DNA of 64,000 nt, from assembly GCA_965277715.1 (NCBI GenBank), contig OZ255836.1, positions 2,976,001 through 3,040,000 on the forward strand, given 5' to 3'. The translations under genes were made by a program, and so were the position numbers. The stretch comes from Gammaproteobacteria bacterium. GTDB taxonomy: Bacteria; Pseudomonadota; Gammaproteobacteria; JBCCGL01. Below, in pieces: positions 8,956 through 18,547 of the stretch; within the stretch, counting starts at the first letter, position 1; every line of letters begins with the position of its first letter. The notes under the pieces were generated by a model, which searched no databases, was not told the DNA's origin, and saw only the letters and a program-made list of their open reading frames with translations.

Positions 8956-9300
8956 TTATTGGGTCGACACACATGCCAACTGATTTTCAATCTGGTACAC
9001 CATCTCATAGAACTCTCCGGTGTCTAACTGCTTCTTGATATAGGCTATTGCGTTCGATACACCACCAGGATGACTTAGACCAAAATAGTGAGTAATCGCT
9101 TTTAGTGACATACCGCTAAACCGCTGGCAGTAATACATCGCCAGTTTACGGGGAATGTTCACACTGCTTGCCTTGACTGAACAACATACTGCCTTCGCTC
9201 ACCCGGCAACAACTTGCCACAGTGCTTACTGTCAAGTGGCTGGCCAACTTTTCCCGCAACTGTGGCCACATATCAAGGCCACTATGGGTTTCCGACGGGC
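8956..9300 (-). pseudogene. Second remnant of the RAYT-like transposase (C-terminal HTH part)
   Basis: NIPRKLAMYYCQRFSGMSLKAITHYFGLSHPGGVSNAI; carries the same frameshift as copy 1. Confidence 0.75.
8977..9261. repeat. Direct repeat copy 2 (~285 bp), near-identical to 1837-2122
   Basis: Direct sequence comparison with 1837-2122. Confidence 0.95.
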
Positions 9301-9435
9301 TTGAAGAGAAGCGAACAGTGCTAAAAATGACCTTCACAGGCTCATTAATATGGGATCGAAAAGGCCTGTATCGAACTCCGAAATCATCCTTACCTTTCAA
9401 GGTTTTAGGAGTCCTTTCAGCACCCAAAAAAGAAA

Positions 9436-9525
9436 TGGCGGAGAAGGTGGGATTCGAACCCACGGTACCCGCGAGGGTACAACGGATTTCGAATCCGTCC
9501 CATTCGGCCACTCTGGCACCTCTCC
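9436..9525 (-). tRNA. tRNA-Ser (anticodon CGA)
   Basis: GGAGAGGTGCCAGAGTGGCCGAATGGG-ACGGA-TTCGAAA-TCCGT, long variable arm, GTGGGTTCGAATCCCAC-CTTCTCCGCCA; CCA is encoded. Confidence 0.97.
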
Positions 9526-9562
9526 GGCGGGATGCATTGTAACGGGTGTTAGGCGTGGTCTC

Positions 9563-11980
9563 CTAACATTTAAGCCGTTCATTAGCGGGGTCATAGAGTA
9601 CTTCGTCAACCACCGTGGCGGGGCAAGGCATGCCTATAATATCAACCTGTAATACACTGCCCACGGCGCAAAACGCGGTATCGACAAATCCCATTGCGAT
9701 ATTTTTATCGACGCGAAATCCCCACCCCGCTGAACTGATAGTGCCTACCAGCGTATCACCAGCGTAAATTGAATCGCCTGGATGCGCCGCTGCACTATTA
9801 TTATCGATCAACAAAGTAACCCGTTTTCGCCGCAGTGGCGCAGTGGCCAGGGCAATCAGTTTGTCACGCCCTATAAATGCTTTTTTATCGCACTTCACAA
9901 ACCGTTCCAATCCTGATTCGTAAGGTGTGTATTCACTGATTAGATCCGCTTTCCAGTGACAGTACCCCTTCTCCAGGCGCATCGATTCGACGGCGTATAA
10001 TCCAAATTGTGTGAGACCAAGTGGTTCGCCCGCCTGTTGCAGGGTGTTGTAAACCAGCAGTAGGTGTTCGTTGGGTATATGCAGCTCATAGGCAAGCTCG
10101 CCGGAAAAGCTGACGCTCATCGCCACTGCACGTACAAAGCCGATGTCGACGGGTTTGACTGACAACCAGGCAAACCCCTGTGCCGACCAGTCGTTACGTG
10201 GTGAAACACGTTGCAGCAGGGCACGCGACTTCGGCCCGGCAATCACCAGGATGGTGTGGCTGTGTGTGAGGTTTTTTAATGTCACGCCCGTTGGTAGTTG
10301 ATCAGACAGCCAGTCCCAATCGTGCAGTTCAGCGGCGGCGGCAGAGCCAAACCAAAAGGTGTTTTCACGCAGCCGGGCCAGGGTAAATTCACCCAGCACA
10401 TGCCCTTTTTCGGTAACCGAGTAACACAGGGCCACTTTGCCATCACGTGAGGGAATACGGCTACAGGTGAGTGTATCCAGCCAGGCGGCAGCGCCGTCGC
10501 CCACTATTTCAAAACGATTAAACCCGGAGACTTCCATCATGCCGACATTTTCCTGTACCGCTTTCACCTCGGCGGCAACTACGGCCTTTGTCGGCGTAAA
10601 CCGAAAGCTGTGCCGGTCGACAAAATCGTTAGTCGGTTTAAAAAAGGCCACACGCTCCCACCCGGCAACCACTGAAAACTCAGCCCGCTGATTTTCCAAC
10701 ACAGTGTATAGTGGTGTGGTTTTCGCCAGGCGGCCCGCCGGGCGGTGTTCATGCGGCATATGAAAACGAAATTCGTTTTGGTAGTCCTCGATGGCTTTTA
10801 GTGCGGTGTATTCAACGGTGGTGTGATCGAGAAACCGACGCGGATCCAGACACCAGGTGTCATAGCAGGCCTCGCCTTCGGTCATTATCTGCGCCAACAG
10901 CCAGCCATGGCCACCGCCCTCACCCAATCCGGCGCGCAGGCCGATAATGCAATAGGCATTGCGTTTACCGGGGATTTTTCCGACCAGGGGCAGGCCGTCT
11001 GCGGTGTAGGTAATTGGCCCATTAATCACGGTGTGGATACCCGTTTCTTCAAGGCAGGGCAGGCGCTTAAAAACACGCTCCATATTGTCCAGACAACGGT
11101 CCAGGTCATTGGGACACAAGGCATTGGCAAAGCCGGGGTCGATACCATCCATCCCCCAGGTTTTACAGCTCTGCTCGTAGATACCAACCAGCAGGCCGTG
11201 CTTTTCCTGGCGCGAGTAGAAGTCGTCTAGTGGATCGCGAATCAAGGGTACTTTGCCATCGTGCGCTACCAGTGCCGGGATGGGGTCAGTGAGGAAGTAT
11301 TGGTGCTCCATCGACATAACCGGGTGTTGCATACCGTACATAGCCGCGACTTCGTTAACCCGGTAACCACAGGCGTTAACAATCATCTCACAGTGAATAT
11401 CACCTTTTTCAGTGTGTACTATCCAGGTGCCATCCGCTTTTTGGGTAAGGTTTATCACGGGCGTATGCCGGTAAATTTCCGCCCCTGCCCGGCGCGCACG
11501 GCGCGCCAGTGCCTGGCACAGTTGTGCCGGGTCTATATCACCATCGAGTGGGTCCCACAGCGCGCCGAGCAATTCGTGGGTTTCAATCAATGGGTGCCGA
11601 CGCTTGCACTCAACGGCGTCGATGACTTCAAAATCCACTCCCATACCCTTCGCCATTGAGACAAAATGATGGTAGCCATCGAGGTGATCCTGGCTCGCCG
11701 CCAAACGAATCCCCCCACAGGCGTGGTGGTAGTTGATGGGGTAATCGGGGTCTTCGGCGAGTGTTTTATACAGATCAATTGAATGGGTTTTTAAGCCAAT
11801 CATGGTTTGATTGGGGCCGAAGTTGGTGACTTGCGCCGCCGAATGCCAGGTGGTGCCGGATGTTAGCTCATCGCGCTCAACCAACACCACATCGCACCAG
11901 CCCATTGTGGTCAGATGGTAGAGCGTACTGCACCCGGCGATACCGCCACCGATAACGACGACGCGTGTTTGTGATTTCAT
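9563..11980 (-). CDS. GcvT-family FAD-dependent oxidoreductase (dimethylglycine/sarcosine dehydrogenase-like)
   Basis: VVVIGGGIAG FAD motif, ELTSGTTWHSAA, and a C-terminal GcvT folate domain (SFSGELAYELH, SMRLEKGY). ATG start chosen at 11980. Confidence 0.9.
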   Translation of the reverse strand: MKSQTRVVVIGGGIAGCSTLYHLTTMGWCDVVLVERDELTSGTTWHSAAQVTNFGPNQTMIGLKTHSIDLYKTLAEDPDYPINYHHACGGIRLAASQDHLDGYHHFVSMAKGMGVDFEVIDAVECKRRHPLIETHELLGALWDPLDGDIDPAQLCQALARRARRAGAEIYRHTPVINLTQKADGTWIVHTEKGDIHCEMIVNACGYRVNEVAAMYGMQHPVMSMEHQYFLTDPIPALVAHDGKVPLIRDPLDDFYSRQEKHGLLVGIYEQSCKTWGMDGIDPGFANALCPNDLDRCLDNMERVFKRLPCLEETGIHTVINGPITYTADGLPLVGKIPGKRNAYCIIGLRAGLGEGGGHGWLLAQIMTEGEACYDTWCLDPRRFLDHTTVEYTALKAIEDYQNEFRFHMPHEHRPAGRLAKTTPLYTVLENQRAEFSVVAGWERVAFFKPTNDFVDRHSFRFTPTKAVVAAEVKAVQENVGMMEVSGFNRFEIVGDGAAAWLDTLTCSRIPSRDGKVALCYSVTEKGHVLGEFTLARLRENTFWFGSAAAAELHDWDWLSDQLPTGVTLKNLTHSHTILVIAGPKSRALLQRVSPRNDWSAQGFAWLSVKPVDIGFVRAVAMSVSFSGELAYELHIPNEHLLLVYNTLQQAGEPLGLTQFGLYAVESMRLEKGYCHWKADLISEYTPYESGLERFVKCDKKAFIGRDKLIALATAPLRRKRVTLLIDNNSAAAHPGDSIYAGDTLVGTISSAGWGFRVDKNIAMGFVDTAFCAVGSVLQVDIIGMPCPATVVDEVLYDPANERLKC

Positions 11981-12032
11981 GGTTTTATTCCGATAACCCA
12001 ATCTGGCCGCTGTGAGTACTCGTGATGTGTTT

Positions 12033-12383
12033 TTATTGTGCTGGAGGGTTGGCGTTTTCCAGTTGAGTATAGGAGTACGCCCGCTCGACCTTGCAAATCC
12101 GCGTAGTGTACTGGCTATACCACTGATTGCGTCCCTTATCCTGGGCAATCAGATGTTCAGCGTTCTGTTTCCAATGTTGGATCGATGCCAAGTCACGCCA
12201 GTAGGAGATTGCAATACCAAGGCCGTCCCGGGCTGATTCAAAACCCAGATAGCCTGGCTGTTGCGCCGCCAACTCGCACATGCGTGTGGCCATATCGTCG
12301 TACCCTTCGAGGCGGTCGGTTTGTAAATTGGTAAATATCACTGCGTAGTAAGGTGGTTCGGGGGTGTTGGCTATCTCACTCAT
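12033..12383 (-). CDS. Antibiotic-biosynthesis-monooxygenase (ABM) family protein
   Basis: PPYYAVIF..QPGYLGFESAR..ISYWRDLASIQHWK..EHLIAQ..GR..WY. Confidence 0.85.
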   Translation of the reverse strand: MSEIANTPEPPYYAVIFTNLQTDRLEGYDDMATRMCELAAQQPGYLGFESARDGLGIAISYWRDLASIQHWKQNAEHLIAQDKGRNQWYSQYTTRICKVERAYSYTQLENANPPAQ

Positions 12384-12410
12384 AGAATTTCTCACTCGTA
12401 CTATCAGTGC

Positions 12411-12458
12411 CTAGACTCCATGTATTAACTTGCATACAAGTAAATGTATGGAGTCTAG
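12411..12458. repeat. ~48-bp palindromic intergenic repeat, copy 1
   Basis: CTAGACTCCATGTATTAACTTGCATACAAGTAAATGTATGGAGTCTAG. Confidence 0.85.
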
Positions 12459-12728
12459 TGCTCGTTATGTCACTGTAAGCAACTGAATATATATAACTTC
12501 ACGGCGCCAGCAACTATAATCCCGTTACTATGTTGGGGAAACAGTTATTGCTGCGTATGCTTTGCACCTCAATAAGTGCTAAATATCTGTTCAAATTTAC
12601 CTATTGCCAGGTGTATTTTCCAGACAGAATTAAAGCCCTGCGCAATCAGACCGCTACTGTGCCTATCAATTGGCACATAATGCAAACACACTTAACGTCT
12701 TTTTTAAAACCCAGTGAAGGATATTTCA

Positions 12729-14243
12729 ATGTCACACTCTCTTGGTAGTGCGCTTACGCACAACTTTTTAGGCCATGCGCCAGACTGGTACAAACAGTCT
12801 ATTATTGCGTTCCTGATTATTAACCCAATAGTGCTATACGCACTGGGGCCAGAAACCGGCCCTGTCGTCACCGGCTGGTTACTGATCGGTGAGTTTATTT
12901 TCACCCTCGCGATGGCGTTGAAATGCTACCCATTACAGCCCGGTGGGCTGCTGGCGATTGAGGCCGTTGTCATTGGTTTAACCAGTGGTGAGTCTGTTTA
13001 TCATGAGGCGGTAAATAATTTCAAGGTGATCCTACTGCTGGTTTTTATGGTGGCGGGGATTTACTTTATGAAAGACCTGCTGATGTTTGTGTTTACCAAC
13101 CTACTGACTAAGGTGCGATCAAAGGTCATACTGTCTTTACTGTTCAGTATATCCGCTGCCGTTTTATCGGCTTTTTTGGATGCGTTAACAGTCACCGCCG
13201 TGCTAATCAGTGTGGGTGTCGGTTTTTACGGCGTGTTTCACCGCTTCGCCTCCGATGCACACAACCACGCCTCACACGACCACGGCTGCGATCACGGCGT
13301 GAAAGAATATCACCGCGAAGACCTGGAAAGCTTTCGTGCCTTTTTGCGCAGTTTGCTGATGCATGGGGCTGTGGGCACAGCGCTTGGCGGTGTTTGCACG
13401 ATTGTTGGCGAGCCACAAAATCTGCTGATTGCCAGCAAAATGAACTGGAGTTTCATCGAGTTTTTTCTGTTGATGGCACCCATTACCATGCCCGTATTGG
13501 TCGCCGGTTTGATTACCTGCGCCCTATTGGAAAAACTAAAATGGTTTGACTACGGCACAACGCTACCAGATGCAGTGCGCAATGAGCTTGAGGCGTATGC
13601 TGAAAAAGAAAATAACGACCGCAGCACCAAGCACACTGCCGCCTTACTGGTACAGGGTGCTGTCGGAATAATACTGGTTATCGCGCTGGCGACACACGTG
13701 GCAGAGGTCGGGCTGGTGGGCTTGATGGTGATTGTATTGCTAACTGCCTTCAATGGCGTAATCGACGAGCACAAAATCGGCAAAGCATTTGAAGAGGCGC
13801 TGCCGTTTACCGCGCTCTTGGTGGTATTTTTCGTGATTGTCGCGGTGATTCACGATCAACACCTTTTCTCACCGGTGATTAATTTAGTACTGGCCATGGA
13901 TATCGCCGTGCAGCCCGCGATGTTCTTTATCGCCAACGGGGTGCTATCGATGATCAGCGACAATGTGTTCGTCGCCACGGTTTATATTAATGAGGTCGTC
14001 GCGGCCTTTAACGCTGGCACAATCTCCGCGCAGCAGCTCGAACACATGGCCATTGCCATCAACACCGGCACCAACCTGCCCAGCGTTGCCACGCCTAACG
14101 GCCAGGCGGCTTTCCTGTTTTTACTGACTTCGGCACTGGCACCGCTGATCCGTCTGTCATACGGCAAAATGGTGTTTATGGCGCTGCCCTATACCTTTGT
14201 GCTGGGTGGGGTTGGCTTAGTCGCGGTGATTTATACGCTGTAA
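12729..14243 (+). CDS. nhaB: Na+/H+ antiporter NhaB
   Basis: [67 protein letters not shown]. Confidence 0.96.
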   Translation: MSHSLGSALTHNFLGHAPDWYKQSIIAFLIINPIVLYALGPETGPVVTGWLLIGEFIFTLAMALKCYPLQPGGLLAIEAVVIGLTSGESVYHEAVNNFKVILLLVFMVAGIYFMKDLLMFVFTNLLTKVRSKVILSLLFSISAAVLSAFLDALTVTAVLISVGVGFYGVFHRFASDAHNHASHDHGCDHGVKEYHREDLESFRAFLRSLLMHGAVGTALGGVCTIVGEPQNLLIASKMNWSFIEFFLLMAPITMPVLVAGLITCALLEKLKWFDYGTTLPDAVRNELEAYAEKENNDRSTKHTAALLVQGAVGIILVIALATHVAEVGLVGLMVIVLLTAFNGVIDEHKIGKAFEEALPFTALLVVFFVIVAVIHDQHLFSPVINLVLAMDIAVQPAMFFIANGVLSMISDNVFVATVYINEVVAAFNAGTISAQQLEHMAIAINTGTNLPSVATPNGQAAFLFLLTSALAPLIRLSYGKMVFMALPYTFVLGGVGLVAVIYTL

Positions 14244-15103
14244 GTCAGGAACTCACACACTGCTCGGGTAAAGGCATCATTGCGGTCGCCCGCGACCATA
14301 TGCCCGGCACCGCTGACATCGACAGTGTGTGCATGCGGTACTACGTCCAATAGTTCGCGAACGGCTGATTCGCTGACCACATCGCTCATGCGTCCCCGCA
14401 CAATCAGTGTGGGGATCGTCAACCGGGCAGCCGCTGTAAGCATGTTTTGTACGTCATCATCCCGTAGGTGGCCAATATGATCGAGAAAGCGTGGATCCCA
14501 GTGCCAGTAGTAACGGCCATCGTCACGCTGTCTCAGGTTTTTCGACAGCCGGGATGTATCCGTGCCGGGCTTGCGTGCCGGTAGGTAGCTTGCAACGGCC
14601 TGTGCGGCTTCGTCCAGGTTTGCAAATCCCCCCAAATGCGCACGCATAAAATGCAAAATGCGCGCTACCCCGTCCACTTCCAGGCGCGGTGTTACATCGA
14701 CAAGGGTCAGGCTGGAAAACACGGAATCAACTGTGGCACCACAGGCCAGTAGCGCAGTAATACCACCCAGCGAAGCGCCGACGACGGCTGGCTTTTGGGT
14801 CGGCTTTTGGGTCGACTCAGGGGTAAGTTGCGCGCACACCGCGAGCAAATCGTCGACGTAGTTTTCCAGCTTATACAGTCCCTGTGGGTGCCACTGGCTG
14901 TCGCCGTGCCCACGCATATCCAGTGCATATGCCCGGTGGCCTTTTTCTGCCAACGCCTGCGCCGTGCCACCCCAAGCATGGCGAGTTTGCCCGCCACCGT
15001 GCAACAGCAACACCGGCGGGGCATCAGCCGGACCAAAAACCTCTGCCAGTAGCCTATTGTTGTCACTACCACGAAATTCGAGGGTATAGCTGGGTTTACT
15101 CAC
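14231..15103 (-). CDS. Alpha/beta-fold hydrolase
   Basis: LLLHGGGQ, nucleophile elbow GASLGG, catalytic His in AGHMVAGD. Confidence 0.88.
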   Translation of the reverse strand: MSKPSYTLEFRGSDNNRLLAEVFGPADAPPVLLLHGGGQTRHAWGGTAQALAEKGHRAYALDMRGHGDSQWHPQGLYKLENYVDDLLAVCAQLTPESTQKPTQKPAVVGASLGGITALLACGATVDSVFSSLTLVDVTPRLEVDGVARILHFMRAHLGGFANLDEAAQAVASYLPARKPGTDTSRLSKNLRQRDDGRYYWHWDPRFLDHIGHLRDDDVQNMLTAAARLTIPTLIVRGRMSDVVSESAVRELLDVVPHAHTVDVSGAGHMVAGDRNDAFTRAVCEFLTYSV

Positions 15104-15126
15104 AGGCGCTACTCACGGGCTTAACC

Positions 15127-15873
15127 TTACAAAGCAGGCGATGGCAATACGCCACCCACCTTAAATTCAGATTGTTCAAACACCAGGGATGGTTGGTGGG
15201 GGGTGGAAAAGCTGACCGTATCCGGGGTCGTCAGGCATAGCCAGTTGTCGCTTTGCTGCGGTGTATTTGATCGAATAACACTTGGTTGGGCTAACGCCAG
15301 ATTGACCCCGTGTCTATGCCGGGCAGAATAGTAACGAATCAGCTCTGTACGCTGTTCACTCACTAGCCACTGACCGATTTTTTGACTGTACTGATACTGC
15401 GAAGGGTGTGTTAGCTGGCGTTGTACTTCAGCCGCTGCCAATTGGGTCAAATCACTGCACTGTGTCGATTTTACCCTGACGTAGAACAGGGCGTGTTGTG
15501 AGCGAACGGGGTTGGGGTAGCGCGGAACCGTATGATGCATAAAAACAAAACGGTAGTACGCCGCCTCTACCAATGCCGTGTGGGGGGTTTCACTGGCATA
15601 AAAAAAACTGGGCATTTGCCTGCTGCCGAAACGCGAGCCGTATTTAAGTGGGGGGTATCTAAAAGGTGTTTTAAGCAGGTAATGCATCGATTCCGTGCCC
15701 TTGCGGTAACGCGGCTTTACCTCATCTAACAAGGTTTCAAGTACGTCTTGTTCCGCCTGGTTATTCACCAGTCCCGCCGTTGCGGCGTATTCCTGTGTCT
15801 CGACAAACCGATAGGCTTTGCCTGAATAATGGGTGAGAGGTGTAGCAGGAAATCCTTCTTCGGTGGTGTGCAC
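15127..15873 (-). CDS. RES-domain toxin (NAD+ phosphorylase family)
   Basis: YRFVETQ, TPFRYPPL.YGSRFG, FYASE, EAAYYRF, IRYYSAR. Confidence 0.85.
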   Translation of the reverse strand: MHTTEEGFPATPLTHYSGKAYRFVETQEYAATAGLVNNQAEQDVLETLLDEVKPRYRKGTESMHYLLKTPFRYPPLKYGSRFGSRQMPSFFYASETPHTALVEAAYYRFVFMHHTVPRYPNPVRSQHALFYVRVKSTQCSDLTQLAAAEVQRQLTHPSQYQYSQKIGQWLVSEQRTELIRYYSARHRHGVNLALAQPSVIRSNTPQQSDNWLCLTTPDTVSFSTPHQPSLVFEQSEFKVGGVLPSPAL

Positions 15874-16241
15874 TAAACTTTTCCACGCATCCCATCGAGG
15901 TACTCGTTAATGCGGATCAGGCCATCGACCCTCTGGCAAAGCTCAGCAGGCGCCCCACCCAATGCCGTATTCTCGCTACTAAACCAGTGGCGCATAAAAC
16001 GGTTGTCTCCGCCCGATAAGGCCGATAAGGAGCGATACAATCGAATAAAGTGCAGACATAATTCACCCGTTTTGGATTCAGGGGCAAAGCCCTTCCCTGT
16101 ATTGCGTGCCAGTGTCGAGGCATTGACACCAATAATTTTTCCGGCAATGAATTTACTCACGGCCAGCTCACGGCAAGCATTGTTAAACGCCAAAATCAAC
16201 ACGGCGGCGGCATCAGGTTGGTATTTTGCGGCTATTGTCAT
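15873..16241 (-). CDS. MbcA/ParS/Xre-family antitoxin
   Basis: GELCLHFIRLYRSL..WF..ENTALGGAP..GLIRINEYLD; translationally adjacent to the RES gene. Confidence 0.85.
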   Translation of the reverse strand: MTIAAKYQPDAAAVLILAFNNACRELAVSKFIAGKIIGVNASTLARNTGKGFAPESKTGELCLHFIRLYRSLSALSGGDNRFMRHWFSSENTALGGAPAELCQRVDGLIRINEYLDGMRGKV

Positions 16242-16407
16242 AGGAGTGAAACCGGGTTAGATGCTGCTTATTTTAGAAAGGGGGTTTATTAAATGCAATT
16301 TTTTTTGCGGAAAAAGTGCATTTGCACAATATCATACCCGTTGACGTCCTACCCTTTTATTGTGCATTCTCTCCCAACACTACACCAAGGCAAAGTGGGG
16401 CAGCGCA

Positions 16408-18093
16408 GTGGAAAAACCGTGGCTTAAATCATACCCGCCGGGTATACCTGAGACAGTCGATGTGCACTATTTTGCATCGTTGCTGGCCGTCTACCAAGAC
16501 GCCGTTACACGCTTTGGCGATGCACCGGCTTTCATTAATATGGGGACGACACTCAGCTTTAATGCACTGGCCAAGGCATCACGTGATATGGCAGCCTGGT
16601 TACAGCAGGCGGGGCTGAAAAAGGGTGACCGGATCGCTATTATGATGCCCAATTGCCTGCAATACCCCACTTCGCTGTTTGCCGCCCTCAGTGCCGGGTT
16701 GACCGTGGTTAACACCAACCCACTCTACACTCCGCGTGAATTACACCACCAGCTCAGCGATTCGGGCGCAGTGGCGATCGTCATCATGGAGAATTTTTGC
16801 CACACGCTGGAACAGGTCATCGACGACACGCAAATCAACACAGTGATTACCACCCGGCTCGGCGATCAACTGGCCTTCCCCAAATCAAAGCTGGTCAATT
16901 TTGTCGTCAAATATATAAAGAAAATGGTGCCTCATTACCACTTGCCAACCGCCGTTTCCCTATCCGCTGTGTTGGCACAGGGTGCCCGCCTGACACTCGA
17001 CACCCCACCTCTCAACCATCAGGATATCGCCTTTTTACAATACACCGGCGGCACCACAGGTGTTTCCAAAGGCGCCATGTTGACACACGGCAATATGGTC
17101 GCCAACATTATGCAGATCGATGCCTGGTTACCGGGCGATCTGACTGACAGCCATAATACGATTGTCACCGCGCTACCGATGTACCATATCTTTGCACTGA
17201 CCGCCAATGTGATGGTGTTTATGCACTATGGTGCAAGCAATTTATTGATTACCAACCCGCGTGATATTCCCGCTTTTGTGCGCGAGCTGTCGAAATACCC
17301 GTTTACGGTGATGACCGGCGTCAATACCCTCTTTAACGCCCTGTTGAACGATGCCGGTTTTTGTGCACTCGATTTCAGCCGGTTCAAACTGGGTTTTGGC
17401 GGCGGCATGGCCGTACAGCGCACTGTGGCGGAGCAGTGGAAAGCAGTGACAGGCAGAAGCCTTGTCGAAGCGTATGGTTTAACGGAAACTTCACCCGCAG
17501 CGGTGATTAACCCGATGCAGAACCCACAGTACACAGGGGCCATCGGCCTGCCGATTCCCGCTACCGATTGCATTATCCGCGATCAACAGGGCAATGACCT
17601 GCCGATAGGTGAATCGGGCGAGCTGTGCATTCGCGGCCCACAGGTGATGCGCGGCTACTGGCAGCGGGCAGAGGCGACCGACCGCGCTATCGACAAAGAC
17701 GGTTGGTTTCGCAGCGGTGATATTGCGCGCATGGACGAGCGCGGCTATTTCTATATTGTCGACCGCTTGAAAGATATGATTCTGGTTTCCGGTTTTAACG
17801 TCTACCCCAACGAAATTGAGGAAGTGGTGGCCATGCACCCCGGCGTGCTGGAAGTGGCGGCGATTGCCGCACCCGACGACTATTCCGGCGAGGTGGTAAA
17901 AATTGTCGTGGTAAAGAAAGACGCCGCGCTCAACAGCGATGCATTGATTGCACACTGCAAACAACACCTCACCGGCTATAAAAGACCGAAATACATTACC
18001 TTTATGGATGAACTGCCAAAATCCAATGTGGGTAAAATACTCCGCCGCGCACTGCGTGAACCGACACCCTCTAGAGGAGAAGACCATGTCTGA
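16408..18093 (+). CDS. fadD: Long-chain-fatty-acid--CoA ligase
   Basis: KPWLKSYPPG, AMP-binding motif FLQYTGGTTGVSKGAMLTH, EAYGLTETSP, LPKSNVGKILRR. Confidence 0.93.
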   Translation: MEKPWLKSYPPGIPETVDVHYFASLLAVYQDAVTRFGDAPAFINMGTTLSFNALAKASRDMAAWLQQAGLKKGDRIAIMMPNCLQYPTSLFAALSAGLTVVNTNPLYTPRELHHQLSDSGAVAIVIMENFCHTLEQVIDDTQINTVITTRLGDQLAFPKSKLVNFVVKYIKKMVPHYHLPTAVSLSAVLAQGARLTLDTPPLNHQDIAFLQYTGGTTGVSKGAMLTHGNMVANIMQIDAWLPGDLTDSHNTIVTALPMYHIFALTANVMVFMHYGASNLLITNPRDIPAFVRELSKYPFTVMTGVNTLFNALLNDAGFCALDFSRFKLGFGGGMAVQRTVAEQWKAVTGRSLVEAYGLTETSPAAVINPMQNPQYTGAIGLPIPATDCIIRDQQGNDLPIGESGELCIRGPQVMRGYWQRAEATDRAIDKDGWFRSGDIARMDERGYFYIVDRLKDMILVSGFNVYPNEIEEVVAMHPGVLEVAAIAAPDDYSGEVVKIVVVKKDAALNSDALIAHCKQHLTGYKRPKYITFMDELPKSNVGKILRRALREPTPSRGEDHV

Positions 18094-18514
18094 TAGTAAG
18101 CAAGCCGGAGGTAGCTGCCTCTGCGGTAAAGTCCAGATAACCGCCGCCACCTGCCATCAGCACGTCCACGCCTGCCATTGTTCGATGTGCCGAAAATGGG
18201 GCGGTGGGCCAGCATTATCTGTCGATTGCGGCACCGATGTGGCTTTTCAGGGCGAGGAGCATATCCGTGTGTTTAGCTCATCTGTGTGGGCCGAGCGCGG
18301 CTTTTGCACACACTGCGGCAGCCATTTATTCTACCGGCTGAAAGAAACCCAGCAGTATATTATGCCGGTTGGCCTGTTCGACGACGGCAGTACATTCACA
18401 CTCGACCAGCAAATATTTATTGACGAAAAGCCAGAATGGTATACATTCGCAAACCGCACCGAAGATATGACGGGGGCAGAAGTATTTGCCAAATACGCAC
18501 CGCCCACCGATTGA
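18086..18514 (+). CDS. GFA/CENP-V family Zn protein
   Basis: GSCLCG, CHCSMCRK, RGFCTHCGS; AGGAG RBS before ATG 18086. Confidence 0.9.
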   Translation: MSDSKQAGGSCLCGKVQITAATCHQHVHACHCSMCRKWGGGPALSVDCGTDVAFQGEEHIRVFSSSVWAERGFCTHCGSHLFYRLKETQQYIMPVGLFDDGSTFTLDQQIFIDEKPEWYTFANRTEDMTGAEVFAKYAPPTD

Positions 18515-18547
18515 GGCCCATTCTGACAACCCGACGATCACCTCATT

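Noticed and set aside
9146-9652. Several 70-120 aa ORFs over the tRNA region
   Set aside because: They are shadow translations of tRNA-Ser and the transposase remnant.
11981-12148. Extended N-terminus of the 861-aa ORF, and similar extensions of aorA, aorB, aorC, GFA, fadD and cobQ in the ORF track
   Set aside because: The extensions overlap neighbouring genes or lack homology; downstream starts with family-typical N-termini were used instead.
14790-14813. 12-bp tandem duplication GGCTTTTGGGTC x2 in the hydrolase gene
   Set aside because: It is an in-frame two-copy duplication in a probable loop (TQKP-TQKP), with no sign of a phase-variation role.
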